A stretch of 64,000 nucleotides of DNA from Dehalococcoidia bacterium (lineage in GTDB: Bacteria; Chloroflexota; Dehalococcoidia; UBA2979), in assembly GCA_963667465.2 (NCBI GenBank), contig CAXXDN010000002.1, positions 1,120,001 to 1,184,000 on the forward strand, in the 5' to 3' direction. Shown here one piece after another: positions 8,145 through 18,089 of this stretch. The notes under the pieces are model-generated. The model had not been told where the DNA came from, made no database searches, and saw nothing but the letters and a program-made list of their open reading frames with translations. Position 1 is the first letter of the stretch; each line of letters opens with the position of its first letter. The translations under genes and the position numbers were made by a program.

Positions 8145-11100
8145 ATGCGCATCGAACGACACTTCACCACCGCCGGGCAGGACCCGCTCGAGGGGATCGC
8201 CTTCGCGCCAAGGGACTCGCGCATCGTCAACCCTGACGGCTCGGTCGTCTTCGAGGCGTCCGGGGTGCGCATGCCCGCCGACTGGTCGCAGGTCGCCGTC
8301 GACATCATGGCGCAAAAGTACTTCCGCAAGACCGGCATCGCCGACGAGCTCAGCGCCGTCGAGGAAGACGGCGTGCCCGAGTGGCTGTGGCGCTCCGTGC
8401 CCGCCGAGGGCTCCGACGACTCCGGCGGCGAGATCGACGCGCGCCAGGTCTTCGGCCGCCTCGCCGGCACCTGGGCGTACTGGGGCTGGAAGAACGGCTA
8501 CTTCGACGGCGAGGAGGACGCACGCGCCTTCCACGACGAGCTGGTCCTGATGATGGCGACCCAGCGCGCCGCGCCCAACTCGCCGCAGTGGTTCAACACC
8601 GGCCTGCACTGGGCCTACGGCATCACCGGCCCCTCGCAGGGTCACTCCTACTTCGATCCGGACTTCGGCGCCGTGCGCCAGTCGACCAGCGCCTACGAGC
8701 GCCCGCAGCCGCACGCCTGCTTCATCCAGTCCGTCGCCGACGACCTCGTCAACGAGGGCGGCATCATGGACCTCTGGACGCGCGAGGCGCGGATCTTCAA
8801 GTACGGCTCCGGCACCGGCTCCAACTTCTCCAGGATTCGTGGTGAGAACGAGTTCCTCTCCGGCGGCGGCAAGTCCTCCGGCCTGATGTCCTTCCTCAAG
8901 ATCGGCGACCGCGCCGCGGGCGCGATCAAGTCCGGCGGCACCACCCGCCGCGCCGCCAAGATGGTGATCGTCGACGTCGACCACCCCGACATCGAGGAGT
9001 TCATCGACTGGAAGGTGGCCGAGGAGCAGAAGGTCGCCGCCCTCGTCGCCGGCTCGCGCGTGATCCGCCGCCGCCTGGCGGCGGTCCTCGCCGCCACCGA
9101 GGGCGGCTTCGACCCTGCCGCGAACCGCTCGCTGCGCCGCGCCATCGCGCGCGCCCGCCGCGACGGCGTGCCGGACAGCTGCGTCCAGCGCGTCCTGCAG
9201 CTCGCCGAGGCCGGCGAGGGGCCGATCGACTTCAGCGAGTTCGACACGGACTGGCAGGGCGAGGCCTACCAGACCGTCTCCGGCCAGAACGCCAACAACT
9301 CCGTGCGTGTCAGCGCCGACTTCCTCGAGGCCGTCGAGGAGGACCGCGAGTGGACGCTCTACCGCCGCGTCGACGGCAAGCCCGCGAAGACGGTGCGCGC
9401 CCGCGACCTGTGGGAGCGCATCGCGCGCGCCGCCTGGCAGTCCGCCGACCCGGGCGTGCAGTACGACACGACGATCAACGAGTGGCACACCTCGCCGGCG
9501 GGCGGGCCGATCCGCGGCTCCAACCCCTGCTCCGAGTACATGTTCCTCGACGACACGGCCTGCAACCTCGCCTCGCTCAACCTGCTGCGCTTCCACGACG
9601 AGGAGAGCGGCGAGGTGGACGTCGAGGCGTTCGAGCACGCCACGCGGCTGTGGACGATTGTGCTCGAGATCTCGGTGCTGATGGCGCAGTACCCGAGCCC
9701 CGTGATCGCGCAGCTCTCCCACGAGTACCGCACGCTCGGCCTCGGCTACGCCAACCTCGGCGCGCTGCTCATGCAGCAGGGCGTGCCCTACGACTCGCCC
9801 GAGGCGCTCGCCCAGACCGGCGGCTTCAGCGCACTGCTGACCGGCGTCTCCTACGCCACTTCCGCCGAGATCGCCGCCGAGCTCGGCCCCTTCCCCGCCT
9901 GGGAGCCGAACCGCGAGGCGATGCTGCGCGTGGTCCGCAACCACCGCCGCGCCGCCTACGACACGGCCGCCGAGGACTACGAGGGCCTGACGACGCTGCC
10001 GAAGGGCCTCGACGCCAGGCACTGCCCACGGCCGCTGCTCAAGGCGGCACAGGCCTCGTGGGACCGCGCGCTTGCCCTCGGCGAGGAGCACGGTTTCCGC
10101 AACGCGCAGACGACGCTCATCGCGCCCACCGGCACGATCGGCCTGCTGATGGACTGCGACACGACCGGTGTCGAGCCGGACTTCGCGCTCGTGAAGTTCA
10201 AGAAGCTGGCCGGCGGCGGCTACTTCCGCATCATCAACCAGTCCGTGCCCGGCGCGCTGCGCACGCTCGGCTACAACGCCCGGCAGGTCGAGGAGATCGT
10301 CGCCTACTGCGCGGGCACCGGCCGCCTCGAGGGCGCGCCGCATATCAACCGCCACACGCTCGCCCAGCACGGCTTCACTCGCCGCGTCCTGGACGAGGTC
10401 GACGGGGCCCTCGGCTCGGCGTTCGACATCACCTTCGCGTTCAACCGCTTCGTGCTCGGCGACGACTTCTGCCGCGATGTGCTCGGCCTCAGCGACGAGC
10501 AGCTCGCCGGCGCGAACCTGCTCGAGGCGATCGGCTTCAGCCGCGAGCAGATCGAGGAGGCCAACGACCACATCGTCGGCCGCATGACGATCGAGGGCGC
10601 CCCGCACCTGCGCGAGGACGACTACGCGGTCTTCGACTGCGCCAACCGCTGCGGCCGCTACGGCACGCGCTACATCGAGGCGATGGCGCACGTGCGCATC
10701 ATGGCGGCCGCCCAGCCGTTCCTCTCCGGCGCGATCAGCAAGACGATCAACCTGCCCGAGGACGCCGGCGTCGCAGACATCGCCGCCGTCTACGAGGCCG
10801 GCGCCGACTCGATGCTCAAGGCGCTCGCGCTCTACCGCGACGGCTCCAAGCTCTCGCAGCCCCTCGCCGCCACCGTGCTCGGCGACGACTTCGAGGACCT
10901 CGACGACTTCGAGGACTTCGACGACCTCAAGGAGGAGTCCGCGGAGGCGGAGCTCGACCCGAAGCAGGCGCTGGACGAGGTCGAGCGCCTGATCAGCACG
11001 CTGCCTCGGGCGGACGCGCGCGCGCTGGCGCGACGGCTCGTCGGCCTGCAGCGCGGCGAGCGCGAGCCGCTACCCTCGCGGCGGCCGGGCTTCGCGCAGA

Positions 11101-11804
11101 AGGCCAAGGTCGGCGGCCACACGATCTATCTGCACACCGGCGAGTTCGAGGACTCCCGGCTGGGCGAGATCTTCATCTCGATGTCCAAGGACGGGGCGGC
11201 GTTCCGCTCGCTGATGAACTGCTTCGCGATCGCCGTCTCGATCGGGCTGCAGCACGGCGTGCCGCTCGACGCCTACGTGGACTCCTTCCTGTTCACGAAG
11301 TTCGAGCCGAACGGCATCGTCACCGGCAACGACCGCGTCCGCATGGCGACCTCGATCATCGACTACGTCTTCCGCGAGCTGGCGGTCAGCTACCTCGGCC
11401 GCAGCGACCTCGCGCACCTCGGCGCGGTCGACCTCTCCAGCACCTCGACCGCCGAGGACGAGGACGAGCCGGGCGCCTGGCCGACGCCGACACCGGAGCC
11501 GCTACCCGCGCCCGACCCGGCCGAGTACGTACTCGCCCCGATCGCGGGCGGCTCGAACGGCCACGGCACGGCCGACGAGGGCAACGGCGCGGCGTCACCC
11601 GTCGCCGACCCGAGCCCCGAGGCGCCCTCGGGCGCGACGGAGGGCGAGGGCGCTCTGGCCACCGCCACGGCCATCTCGCAGACGACGGCGCGCCACTACG
11701 GCTTCGAGGGCGACCCCTGCCCGGAGTGCGGCCAGATGATGATGGTGCGCAACGGCACCTGCCTGAAGTGCATGTCCTGCGGGTCCACGTCGGGTTGCAG
11801 TTGA
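8145..11804 (+). CDS. nrdJ: Class II (adenosylcobalamin-dependent) ribonucleotide reductase with TSCPD domain and C-terminal Zn ribbon
   Basis: [66 protein letters not shown]; GGGAG RBS before ATG 8145. Confidence 0.95.
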   Translation: MRIERHFTTAGQDPLEGIAFAPRDSRIVNPDGSVVFEASGVRMPADWSQVAVDIMAQKYFRKTGIADELSAVEEDGVPEWLWRSVPAEGSDDSGGEIDARQVFGRLAGTWAYWGWKNGYFDGEEDARAFHDELVLMMATQRAAPNSPQWFNTGLHWAYGITGPSQGHSYFDPDFGAVRQSTSAYERPQPHACFIQSVADDLVNEGGIMDLWTREARIFKYGSGTGSNFSRIRGENEFLSGGGKSSGLMSFLKIGDRAAGAIKSGGTTRRAAKMVIVDVDHPDIEEFIDWKVAEEQKVAALVAGSRVIRRRLAAVLAATEGGFDPAANRSLRRAIARARRDGVPDSCVQRVLQLAEAGEGPIDFSEFDTDWQGEAYQTVSGQNANNSVRVSADFLEAVEEDREWTLYRRVDGKPAKTVRARDLWERIARAAWQSADPGVQYDTTINEWHTSPAGGPIRGSNPCSEYMFLDDTACNLASLNLLRFHDEESGEVDVEAFEHATRLWTIVLEISVLMAQYPSPVIAQLSHEYRTLGLGYANLGALLMQQGVPYDSPEALAQTGGFSALLTGVSYATSAEIAAELGPFPAWEPNREAMLRVVRNHRRAAYDTAAEDYEGLTTLPKGLDARHCPRPLLKAAQASWDRALALGEEHGFRNAQTTLIAPTGTIGLLMDCDTTGVEPDFALVKFKKLAGGGYFRIINQSVPGALRTLGYNARQVEEIVAYCAGTGRLEGAPHINRHTLAQHGFTRRVLDEVDGALGSAFDITFAFNRFVLGDDFCRDVLGLSDEQLAGANLLEAIGFSREQIEEANDHIVGRMTIEGAPHLREDDYAVFDCANRCGRYGTRYIEAMAHVRIMAAAQPFLSGAISKTINLPEDAGVADIAAVYEAGADSMLKALALYRDGSKLSQPLAATVLGDDFEDLDDFEDFDDLKEESAEAELDPKQALDEVERLISTLPRADARALARRLVGLQRGEREPLPSRRPGFAQKAKVGGHTIYLHTGEFEDSRLGEIFISMSKDGAAFRSLMNCFAIAVSIGLQHGVPLDAYVDSFLFTKFEPNGIVTGNDRVRMATSIIDYVFRELAVSYLGRSDLAHLGAVDLSSTSTAEDEDEPGAWPTPTPEPLPAPDPAEYVLAPIAGGSNGHGTADEGNGAASPVADPSPEAPSGATEGEGALATATAISQTTARHYGFEGDPCPECGQMMMVRNGTCLKCMSCGSTSGCS
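10884..10937 (+). repeat. 18-bp imperfect tandem repeat (x3) encoding acidic linker DDFEDL in NrdJ
   Basis: gacgacttcgaggacctc / gacgacttcgaggacttc / gacgacctcaaggag. Confidence 0.7.
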
Positions 11805-11806
11805 GG

Positions 11807-12034
11807 GGAGAGCCAGATCGACTGATCCAGACCGAGGCGATGCGGGCTGTGCTGAGGCGCAGTATCTACCGCGCCTGCCACCACGTGAGGGTGAAACGCC
11901 TCGACCGTTCAGGTGAACGCGGCGACGTTCAGTTGAACGAGGGCAACGTCGATCGGCACACACAAGCTCGGCTCGCACCCTTCGGCGAGCGCACGTTTCA
12001 CACACGCATCGCCTACAAGGAATTGACAGCATGA
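11807..12034 (+). mobile_element. Degenerate C-terminal remnant of an IS1595-family (ISXO2-like) transposase
   Basis: Frame reads AVLRRSIYRACHHVRVKRLDR...QLNEGNV...RIAYKELTA*, resembling the IS1595 C-terminus (LKR.IYG.YHHVS.KHL.RY..E..FR.N...RLTYKELTA); no N-terminus or TIRs visible. Confidence 0.6.
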
Positions 12035-12981
12035 GCGAACAAGCCCCAGACGCCATCACCAACAACGTGCTGACGCATGGTGACCAATCTGGCCCGCTGA
12101 AGGTCATCGCCGGAACGCCCGACACCCCACTGATAATCGATGATGTCGAGATCCCCTGCTACGTGCTGGAGGATGAAACGCGCGTACTCAGCGAGCGAGG
12201 GTTCCTGTCGGGCATTGGGCGCTCTGAGAGCAGTCCCGGCAGGCCACAGAGCGGCGCCGACAAGCTCCCCGGATTCCTGTCCGCGAATAACCTAAGGCCC
12301 TTTCTTGACAAGGCGATTACCGTCCCGACAACCCCCATCGTTTTTCAGCTTCCACGGGGCGGGCGGACGGCCTACGGCTATCCTGCGATCCTCTTGCCGC
12401 AGGTCTGTCGGGTGTACCTCAACGCACGCCGGGCGGGCGCACTCTTGCCGTCGCAGCTGCATATCGCTGAACGCGCCGAGATACTCACTCTGGGTTTGGC
12501 CAACGTCGGGATCATCGCGCTTGTTGACGAGGCTACGGGCTACCAGCGCATTCGCGAGGAGCGCGCACTCGCCACCATCCTCGAGAAGTTCATCGCCGAT
12601 GAGTACCACAAGTGGACCCGTACATTCCCGTACGAGTTCTACGCCCAAATCTTTAGGCTCAAGAAGTGGGAAGACCCGGGAAGCGGCAGGCGTCCCAGCG
12701 TGATTGGCCACTACACCAACGATATCGTCTACGAGCGCATCGCCCCGGGCCTCCTCGACGAGCTCAGGCGCCTCAACCCCAGGCTGCCACGGGGCTGGCG
12801 CAGGAACCGACATCATCAATGGTTCACCGAAGACTACGGGCATCCGCGCCTCGGGGAACATATCCACGCAGTGATCGCGCTGATGCGGATCTCCCACACA
12901 TGGCACTCATTCATGAATCGACTCGATGCTGCGTTCCCCAGGCAGGACAAGACTATCGCGATGGCCTTAGACGGCGACTAG
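12031..12981 (+). CDS. P63C-domain protein (phage Mx8 p63-like), probable IS passenger gene
   Basis: EIPCYVLEDETRVLS, LLPQVCRVYLNAR, LANVGIIALVDEATGYQ, W.RTFP.EFY, GHYTNDIVYERIAPG, RHHQW; visibly lower GC than flanks. Confidence 0.85.
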   Translation: MSEQAPDAITNNVLTHGDQSGPLKVIAGTPDTPLIIDDVEIPCYVLEDETRVLSERGFLSGIGRSESSPGRPQSGADKLPGFLSANNLRPFLDKAITVPTTPIVFQLPRGGRTAYGYPAILLPQVCRVYLNARRAGALLPSQLHIAERAEILTLGLANVGIIALVDEATGYQRIREERALATILEKFIADEYHKWTRTFPYEFYAQIFRLKKWEDPGSGRRPSVIGHYTNDIVYERIAPGLLDELRRLNPRLPRGWRRNRHHQWFTEDYGHPRLGEHIHAVIALMRISHTWHSFMNRLDAAFPRQDKTIAMALDGD

Positions 12982-13010
12982 CGTTCCCGGAAAACGGCTA
13001 CGCTGCCCCC

Positions 13011-13316
13011 ATGATCGACCGAGTGGTCCCCGTCCGCGTGCGCGGTGAGCGCCTCCTGGTCCGGGTGCAGCAGCAGACGTGCGACGAGGGCGGCGCCGGC
13101 CGCGCGCTGCTCAAGGGGCCGCCCGAGGCGCTACGACGCCTCGAGGGCTACACCTTCGCCGAGGACGGGCGCGCCGTGAGGCTCGCCGGGGTGCGGCTTG
13201 CGCCGCCGCCAGACCGCGGCGAGGCCTGGCTCGCCTTCGCCGATCTGCGCCTCGCCGCGGCAGATTCAGCACAGGCGGATAGCCCCTCCGACAGAGGGCC
13301 GCTACGATCGTCCTGA
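13011..13316 (+). CDS. Hypothetical protein (~101 aa)
   Basis: ATG preceded by TACGCT-6 nt (leaderless-type); GC-rich codon usage. Confidence 0.45.
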   Translation: MIDRVVPVRVRGERLLVRVQQQTCDEGGAGRALLKGPPEALRRLEGYTFAEDGRAVRLAGVRLAPPPDRGEAWLAFADLRLAAADSAQADSPSDRGPLRSS

Positions 13317-13350
13317 CCATCCGCTATCGCCGCCGCTCCGGAGGCCTCGC

Positions 13351-15666
13351 ATGACCCTGTCCGCCATCACCGGCTACCCGCGCATCGGTCCGCGGCGCGA
13401 GCTCAAGCGCGCCGTCGAGCGCTACTGGGACGGCAGGGTGGAGCTCGATTCCCTCGCCGAGACCGGACGCGCGCTGCGCCTCGAGGGCTGGCGGCGCATG
13501 CGCGAGGCGGGCATCGACCTCATCCCCTCGAATACCTTCTCCCACTACGACCACGTGCTCGACGCGATCGCGATGGTCGGCGCGGTGCCGCCCCGCTACG
13601 AGGACAGCGGCGAGGGCGAGGTGGACACCGGCACCTACTTCGCGATGGCGCGCGGCGCCCAGCGCGAGGGCCTCGACGTGACGGCGATGGAGATGATCAA
13701 GTGGTTCGACACGAACTACCACTACATCGTCCCCGAGCTCGGCGCGCACACGCGCTTCCGGCTCGCCTCGCGCAAGCCGCTCGACGAGTACCGCGAGGCG
13801 CGCGAGGCGGGCATCGAGACGGTGCCGGTGCTGCTCGGCCCGCTCTCGCTCCTCCTGCTCGGCAAGGGCGTCGGCGAGGACGGCCACCAGGACCCCACCT
13901 TCGACCGGCTCTCGCTGCTGCCGGCGCTGCTCGACGTCTACGAGCAGGTCGTCGCGCTGCTGCGTGACGCCGGCGCGCAGTGGATCCAGCTCGACGAGCC
14001 GGTGCTCGTACAAGACCGCACGCCCGGGGAGCTCGCCTCCCTCGCAACGGCGTACGACCGCCTGGCCGCCGCCTCCGGCAGTACGAAGCTGCTGGTGCAG
14101 ACCTACTTCGGCGATGTCGACGAGTCGTTCGGCGCGCTCGCCGGCCTGCCGGTTGAGGCGATCGGCCTCGACCTCGTGCGCGGGCAGCGCAACCTCGGGC
14201 TACTGCAGCGCCACGGGCTGCCCGGCGGCAAGCACGTCGTCGCAGGCGTCGTGGACGGGCGCAACGTCTGGATCAACGACCTCGACGCCTCGCTCGCTAC
14301 ACTGCGCGAGGTCGGCGCGGCCGTCGGCAACGACCGCGTGATCGCAGGCGCCTCCTGCTCCCTGCTGCACGTCCCCATCGAACTCGACCTCGAAACCCAA
14401 CTCGACCCCGAGCTGCGCTCCTGGCTCGCCTTCGCCAACCAGAAGATCGACGAGGTCGCCGCGCTCGCCCGCGCCTTCGAGGACCCGAACGCCGCGGCCG
14501 ACGAGCTGGCCGCCAACCGCGCCGCCCTCGAGTCGCGGCGCAACTCCCCGCGCACTCACGACCCGGCCGTGCGCGAGCGCGTCGCGGCCACCTCGGAAGC
14601 CGACTACAGCCGCGACGGCAGCGTCGAGGAGCGCCGCCGCGCCCAGCGCGAGCGGCTGCGCCTGCCCGAGTTCCCGACGACGACGATCGGGTCTTTCCCG
14701 CAGACGCCGGAGATCCGCCGCGCCCGCCGCCGCCGCAACAGCGGCGAAATCGACGAGGCCGAGTACGAGACCTTCATCGAGGCCGAGATCACGCGTGTGA
14801 TCCGGCTCCAGGAGGAGACCGGGCTGGACCTGCTGGTGCACGGCGAGTCGGAGCGCAACGACATGGTCGAGTACTTCGGCGAGCAGCTCGCCGGGTTCGC
14901 CTTCACGCGCTTCGGCTGGGTGCAGTCCTACGGCTCACGCAACGTGAAGCCGCCGATCATCTACGGCGACGTGGCCCGGCCGGGCCCGATGACCGTGCGC
15001 TGGTCTGCCTACGCGCAGTCGGTCACCGACCGCCCGGTGAAGGGCATGCTGACCGGGCCGGTCACGATCCTCAACTGGTCGTTCGTGCGCGACGACCAGC
15101 CGCGCGGCGAGACCTGCCGCCAGATCGCGCTCGCGATCCGCGAGGAGGTCGCCGACCTCGAGGCGGCGGGCATCGCCGTGATCCAGGTCGATGAGCCGGC
15201 GCTGCGCGAGGGCGTCCCGCTGCGGCGCGCGGACTGGCCCGCCTACCTCGGCTGGTCGGTCCCCTGCTTCCGGCTCGCCACGGCCGGGGCGACGGACTCG
15301 ACGCAGATCCAGTCCCACATGTGCTACGTGCCGCTGCGCGACGTGCTGGACGCAGTCTCCGACATGGAGGCCGACGTGATGCTGCTCTTCAACGCCCGCT
15401 CCGACGCCGAGGGCCTCGACGCGTTCCGCGACCACGGTTATGACAAGGAAGTCGGCCTCGGCGTCTACGACATCCACTCGCCGCGCGTGCCCTCGACCGA
15501 GGAAATGGCGAGCAGCCTGCGCAACGCCGCCACGGTGCTCGACCCCGACCTGCTCTGGGTGAACCCCGACTGCGGCCTCAAGACCCGCCGCTACGAGGAG
15601 GTCGTTCCGGCCCTCGAGCACATGGTCGAGGCCGCGCGCGCCGTGCGGGCGGACGCCTCGACGTAG
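13351..15666 (+). CDS. metE: Cobalamin-independent methionine synthase
   Basis: GYPRIG..RELK, KWFDTNYHY, PTTTIGSFPQT, HGESERNDMVEYF, VKGMLTGPVTI, HMCY, WVNPDCGLKTR. Confidence 0.95.
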   Translation: MTLSAITGYPRIGPRRELKRAVERYWDGRVELDSLAETGRALRLEGWRRMREAGIDLIPSNTFSHYDHVLDAIAMVGAVPPRYEDSGEGEVDTGTYFAMARGAQREGLDVTAMEMIKWFDTNYHYIVPELGAHTRFRLASRKPLDEYREAREAGIETVPVLLGPLSLLLLGKGVGEDGHQDPTFDRLSLLPALLDVYEQVVALLRDAGAQWIQLDEPVLVQDRTPGELASLATAYDRLAAASGSTKLLVQTYFGDVDESFGALAGLPVEAIGLDLVRGQRNLGLLQRHGLPGGKHVVAGVVDGRNVWINDLDASLATLREVGAAVGNDRVIAGASCSLLHVPIELDLETQLDPELRSWLAFANQKIDEVAALARAFEDPNAAADELAANRAALESRRNSPRTHDPAVRERVAATSEADYSRDGSVEERRRAQRERLRLPEFPTTTIGSFPQTPEIRRARRRRNSGEIDEAEYETFIEAEITRVIRLQEETGLDLLVHGESERNDMVEYFGEQLAGFAFTRFGWVQSYGSRNVKPPIIYGDVARPGPMTVRWSAYAQSVTDRPVKGMLTGPVTILNWSFVRDDQPRGETCRQIALAIREEVADLEAAGIAVIQVDEPALREGVPLRRADWPAYLGWSVPCFRLATAGATDSTQIQSHMCYVPLRDVLDAVSDMEADVMLLFNARSDAEGLDAFRDHGYDKEVGLGVYDIHSPRVPSTEEMASSLRNAATVLDPDLLWVNPDCGLKTRRYEEVVPALEHMVEAARAVRADAST

Positions 15667-15734
15667 CCTGTCGAACCGGTTTCGCCCCTCGCGGGCCGTA
15701 TAGTCTCTCCGCGAACACCAGACGGAGGTGCACG

Positions 15735-16571
15735 ATGCGCGATCTGGACGGCCGAGTGGCCCTCGTGAGCGGCGGCGGCAGCGGCATCGGCCGCGGGATC
15801 GCGATCGCGCTGGCCGGCGAGGGCATGCGCGTCGTGGTCGCGGATGTCGAGCGCGGCGCCGCCGGGGCGGTGGCGGCGGAACTCGTCGCCTCGGGCGCCG
15901 AGGCGAGCGCCGAGGTGGTCGACGTGAGCGACGTCGCGGCCGTCGAGGCGCTGGCCGACCGCTGCGATGAGCGTTACGGCGGCGTCGACGTGCTCTGCAA
16001 CAACGCCGGCGTGGTCGGCCAGACACCGATCGGGCCGGACAGCCTCGAGAGCTGGCGCTGGATCCTCGACGTCAATCTCTTCGGCGTCGTGCATGCGATC
16101 AACACCTTCGTGCCGCGCATGCGTGCCCGGGTGGCCGCGAGCGGCGGCGAGGCGCACATCGTCAACACCTCGTCGCTCGGCGGCGGCCTGATCGCGGGCG
16201 ACGGTTGGGAGATCACCGCCTACCGCGCCTCGAAATTCGCGATCGTGGGCATGAGCCGCGACCTGCGCAACGAACTGGCCGGGAGTAGCATCGGCGTCTC
16301 GGTGCTCTGCCCCGGCGCGGTCGAGACGCGGATCTGGCAGGCGGGCCGCAACAGGCCGGCCGAGCGTGGCGGGCCGGAGACCTGGGAGCGGCCGAGCCGC
16401 CTCGAGGGCGAGCGCGTGATCGGCCCGCTCGAAGCCGGACGGCGCGCGCTGCACGCGATCCGCGAGAACGAGCTCTATGCGATCACACACCCGGAGCGAA
16501 AGTTCCAAGTGGCAGCCGGTACGCAGGAGCTGTTGGACGCCTTCGACCAGGCAGCGAACACCCCCGTCTAG
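15735..16571 (+). CDS. Short-chain dehydrogenase/reductase, paralogue 1
   Basis: SGGGSGIG, LCNNAG, NTSS, YRASK. Confidence 0.92.
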   Translation: MRDLDGRVALVSGGGSGIGRGIAIALAGEGMRVVVADVERGAAGAVAAELVASGAEASAEVVDVSDVAAVEALADRCDERYGGVDVLCNNAGVVGQTPIGPDSLESWRWILDVNLFGVVHAINTFVPRMRARVAASGGEAHIVNTSSLGGGLIAGDGWEITAYRASKFAIVGMSRDLRNELAGSSIGVSVLCPGAVETRIWQAGRNRPAERGGPETWERPSRLEGERVIGPLEAGRRALHAIRENELYAITHPERKFQVAAGTQELLDAFDQAANTPV

Positions 16572-17401
16572 TGCAGAACCTCGAAGGCCGCGTCGCGCTC
16601 GTCATCGGCGGTGGCGGCGGCATCGGCCGTGGGATCACCCTTGCGCTCGCGGGCGAGGGCATGCGTGTCGTGGTCGCCGACATCGAGGCGGACTCCGCCG
16701 GGGCGGTGGCGGCCGAGCTCGCCGCCTCGGGCGCCGAGGCGAGCGCCGAGGCCGTTGACGTGAGCGACGCGGCCGCCGTCGAGGCGCTGGCGGAGCACTG
16801 CTTCGCGCGCTACGGCGGCGTGGACGTGCTCTGCAACAACGCCGGCGTGGTCGGCCCCACCCGGCTCGGACCGGCGAGCCTCGACAACTGGCGCTGGATC
16901 GTCGACGTCAACGTCCTCGGCGTGGTGCACGTGATTAACGCCTTCGTGCCACGGATGCTCGCCCGGATCGGCGACCGCAGCGGCGAGGCGCACATCGTCA
17001 CCGCCTCGTCCATCGCGGGCCTGATCTCTGGGCTGGGCTGGGAGATCTCGGCGTACCGCGCGTCGCAGCTCGCGATCGTCGGGATGACCCGGGATTTGCG
17101 CAACGAGCTGGCCGGCAGCGGAATCGGGGTCACCGTGCTCTGCCCCGGCGCGGTCGCCACTCGCATGTGGCAGGCGGGCCGCAACCGCCCGGCCAAGCAC
17201 GGCGGGCCCGAGGCGTACGAGCGGCCCGGCGCCCTCGACGGCCGCGTGATCGACGCCCTCGAGGTCGGACGCCGCGCCCTGCACGCGATTCGCGAGAACG
17301 AGCTCTACGCGATGACCCACCCGGAACGGCGCGATGTCGTCGAAGCGGCCGTGCGTGAGCAGCTCGACGCCTTCGATCGGGCGGCGGAGACGCCGGTCTA
17401 A
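16571..17401 (+). CDS. Short-chain dehydrogenase/reductase, paralogue 2 (YxxxK changed to YxxxQ)
   Basis: GGGGGIG, LCNNAG, YRASQ; TAGTG stop/start overlap; highly similar to paralogue 1. Confidence 0.9.
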   Translation: MQNLEGRVALVIGGGGGIGRGITLALAGEGMRVVVADIEADSAGAVAAELAASGAEASAEAVDVSDAAAVEALAEHCFARYGGVDVLCNNAGVVGPTRLGPASLDNWRWIVDVNVLGVVHVINAFVPRMLARIGDRSGEAHIVTASSIAGLISGLGWEISAYRASQLAIVGMTRDLRNELAGSGIGVTVLCPGAVATRMWQAGRNRPAKHGGPEAYERPGALDGRVIDALEVGRRALHAIRENELYAMTHPERRDVVEAAVREQLDAFDRAAETPV

Positions 17402-17504
17402 CCTTGCCCGGTGTCGCGCCGCCCTCGTGTTTGCTGGACGAGCGTGGGCGGTGTACAAGGGCTTCGGTAGAGCAAGACCGGTTCAAACTGTGGATGCGGT
17501 GACG

Positions 17505-17945
17505 ATGCAGTACGTGAGATTCGCGGCGGCGTTCGTGGTGTACACAGTCATCGACGTGGGTTGGAACGTGTCGCCCCTCGCGCGCGGGATGTACGACAGT
17601 CTGTACGAGGCCAGCGGCAACGATGCGCTCCTGGACAGCTTCGGAAAGGACACGTGGGGCGGGGGCGAGATCCTCGCCTTGCTCGCGTTCCTTGCGCTGA
17701 TTGCACTCGGCAACAGCTACCTGGCGATTGAGCCGGCAGTGAAGGAGCGGAGCCTCCGCAGGGCGATGAAGAACAGTGTTGTCCTGGGCTGCGCCGCCTA
17801 CGCCACGTACATCGTGCCGATCTTCCTCATGATGTCCACCTGGCCCGCCGTCCTGGTGCCGATAGACATTCTCATCGGAGGCCTGCTCAGCCTGATCACG
17901 TCGACGGTTGTCACCTACGTGACCCTCCGCCGGAGCAGTTCCTGA
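17505..17945 (+). CDS. Small membrane protein, DUF2177-like
   Basis: About four hydrophobic segments; FVVYTVIDVGW, LGCAAYATY, W..VLVPID. Confidence 0.6.
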   Translation: MQYVRFAAAFVVYTVIDVGWNVSPLARGMYDSLYEASGNDALLDSFGKDTWGGGEILALLAFLALIALGNSYLAIEPAVKERSLRRAMKNSVVLGCAAYATYIVPIFLMMSTWPAVLVPIDILIGGLLSLITSTVVTYVTLRRSSS

Positions 17946-18089
17946 CGTTCCCCAACAACCCGGCGCCACGCCGGGAGAGCCCCGCGCTCCCGCGGGATCG
18001 AGGCGGCCGCCGCGACAGGCTGGATGCCCTCGACCAGGAGGCAGCGACGCCCGCCTGACGGGCGCCTGCCTGGGCCGTTGCGGGAGCCC

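Noticed and set aside
8145-11804. Intein in NrdJ
   Set aside because: Motif spacing is consistent with the long NrdJ+TSCPD type; no intein terminal (C...HN-C/S/T) or LAGLIDADG signature seen
8013-12034. Long alternative or antisense ORFs (e.g. 8013-10691, 9350-12034; also 36038-38701 and 2661-4643)
   Set aside because: Shadow ORFs caused by high GC and codon bias over well-supported genes. Only the final ~75 codons of 9350-12034 carry a real (transposase-like) signal.
13270-13350. SAM or cobalamin riboswitch upstream of metE (GGCGGATAGC..GCTATCGCC pairing, CCCTC/GAGGG hairpin)
   Set aside because: Some pairing is possible, but no riboswitch consensus nucleotides are present and GC-rich sequence pairs easily by chance
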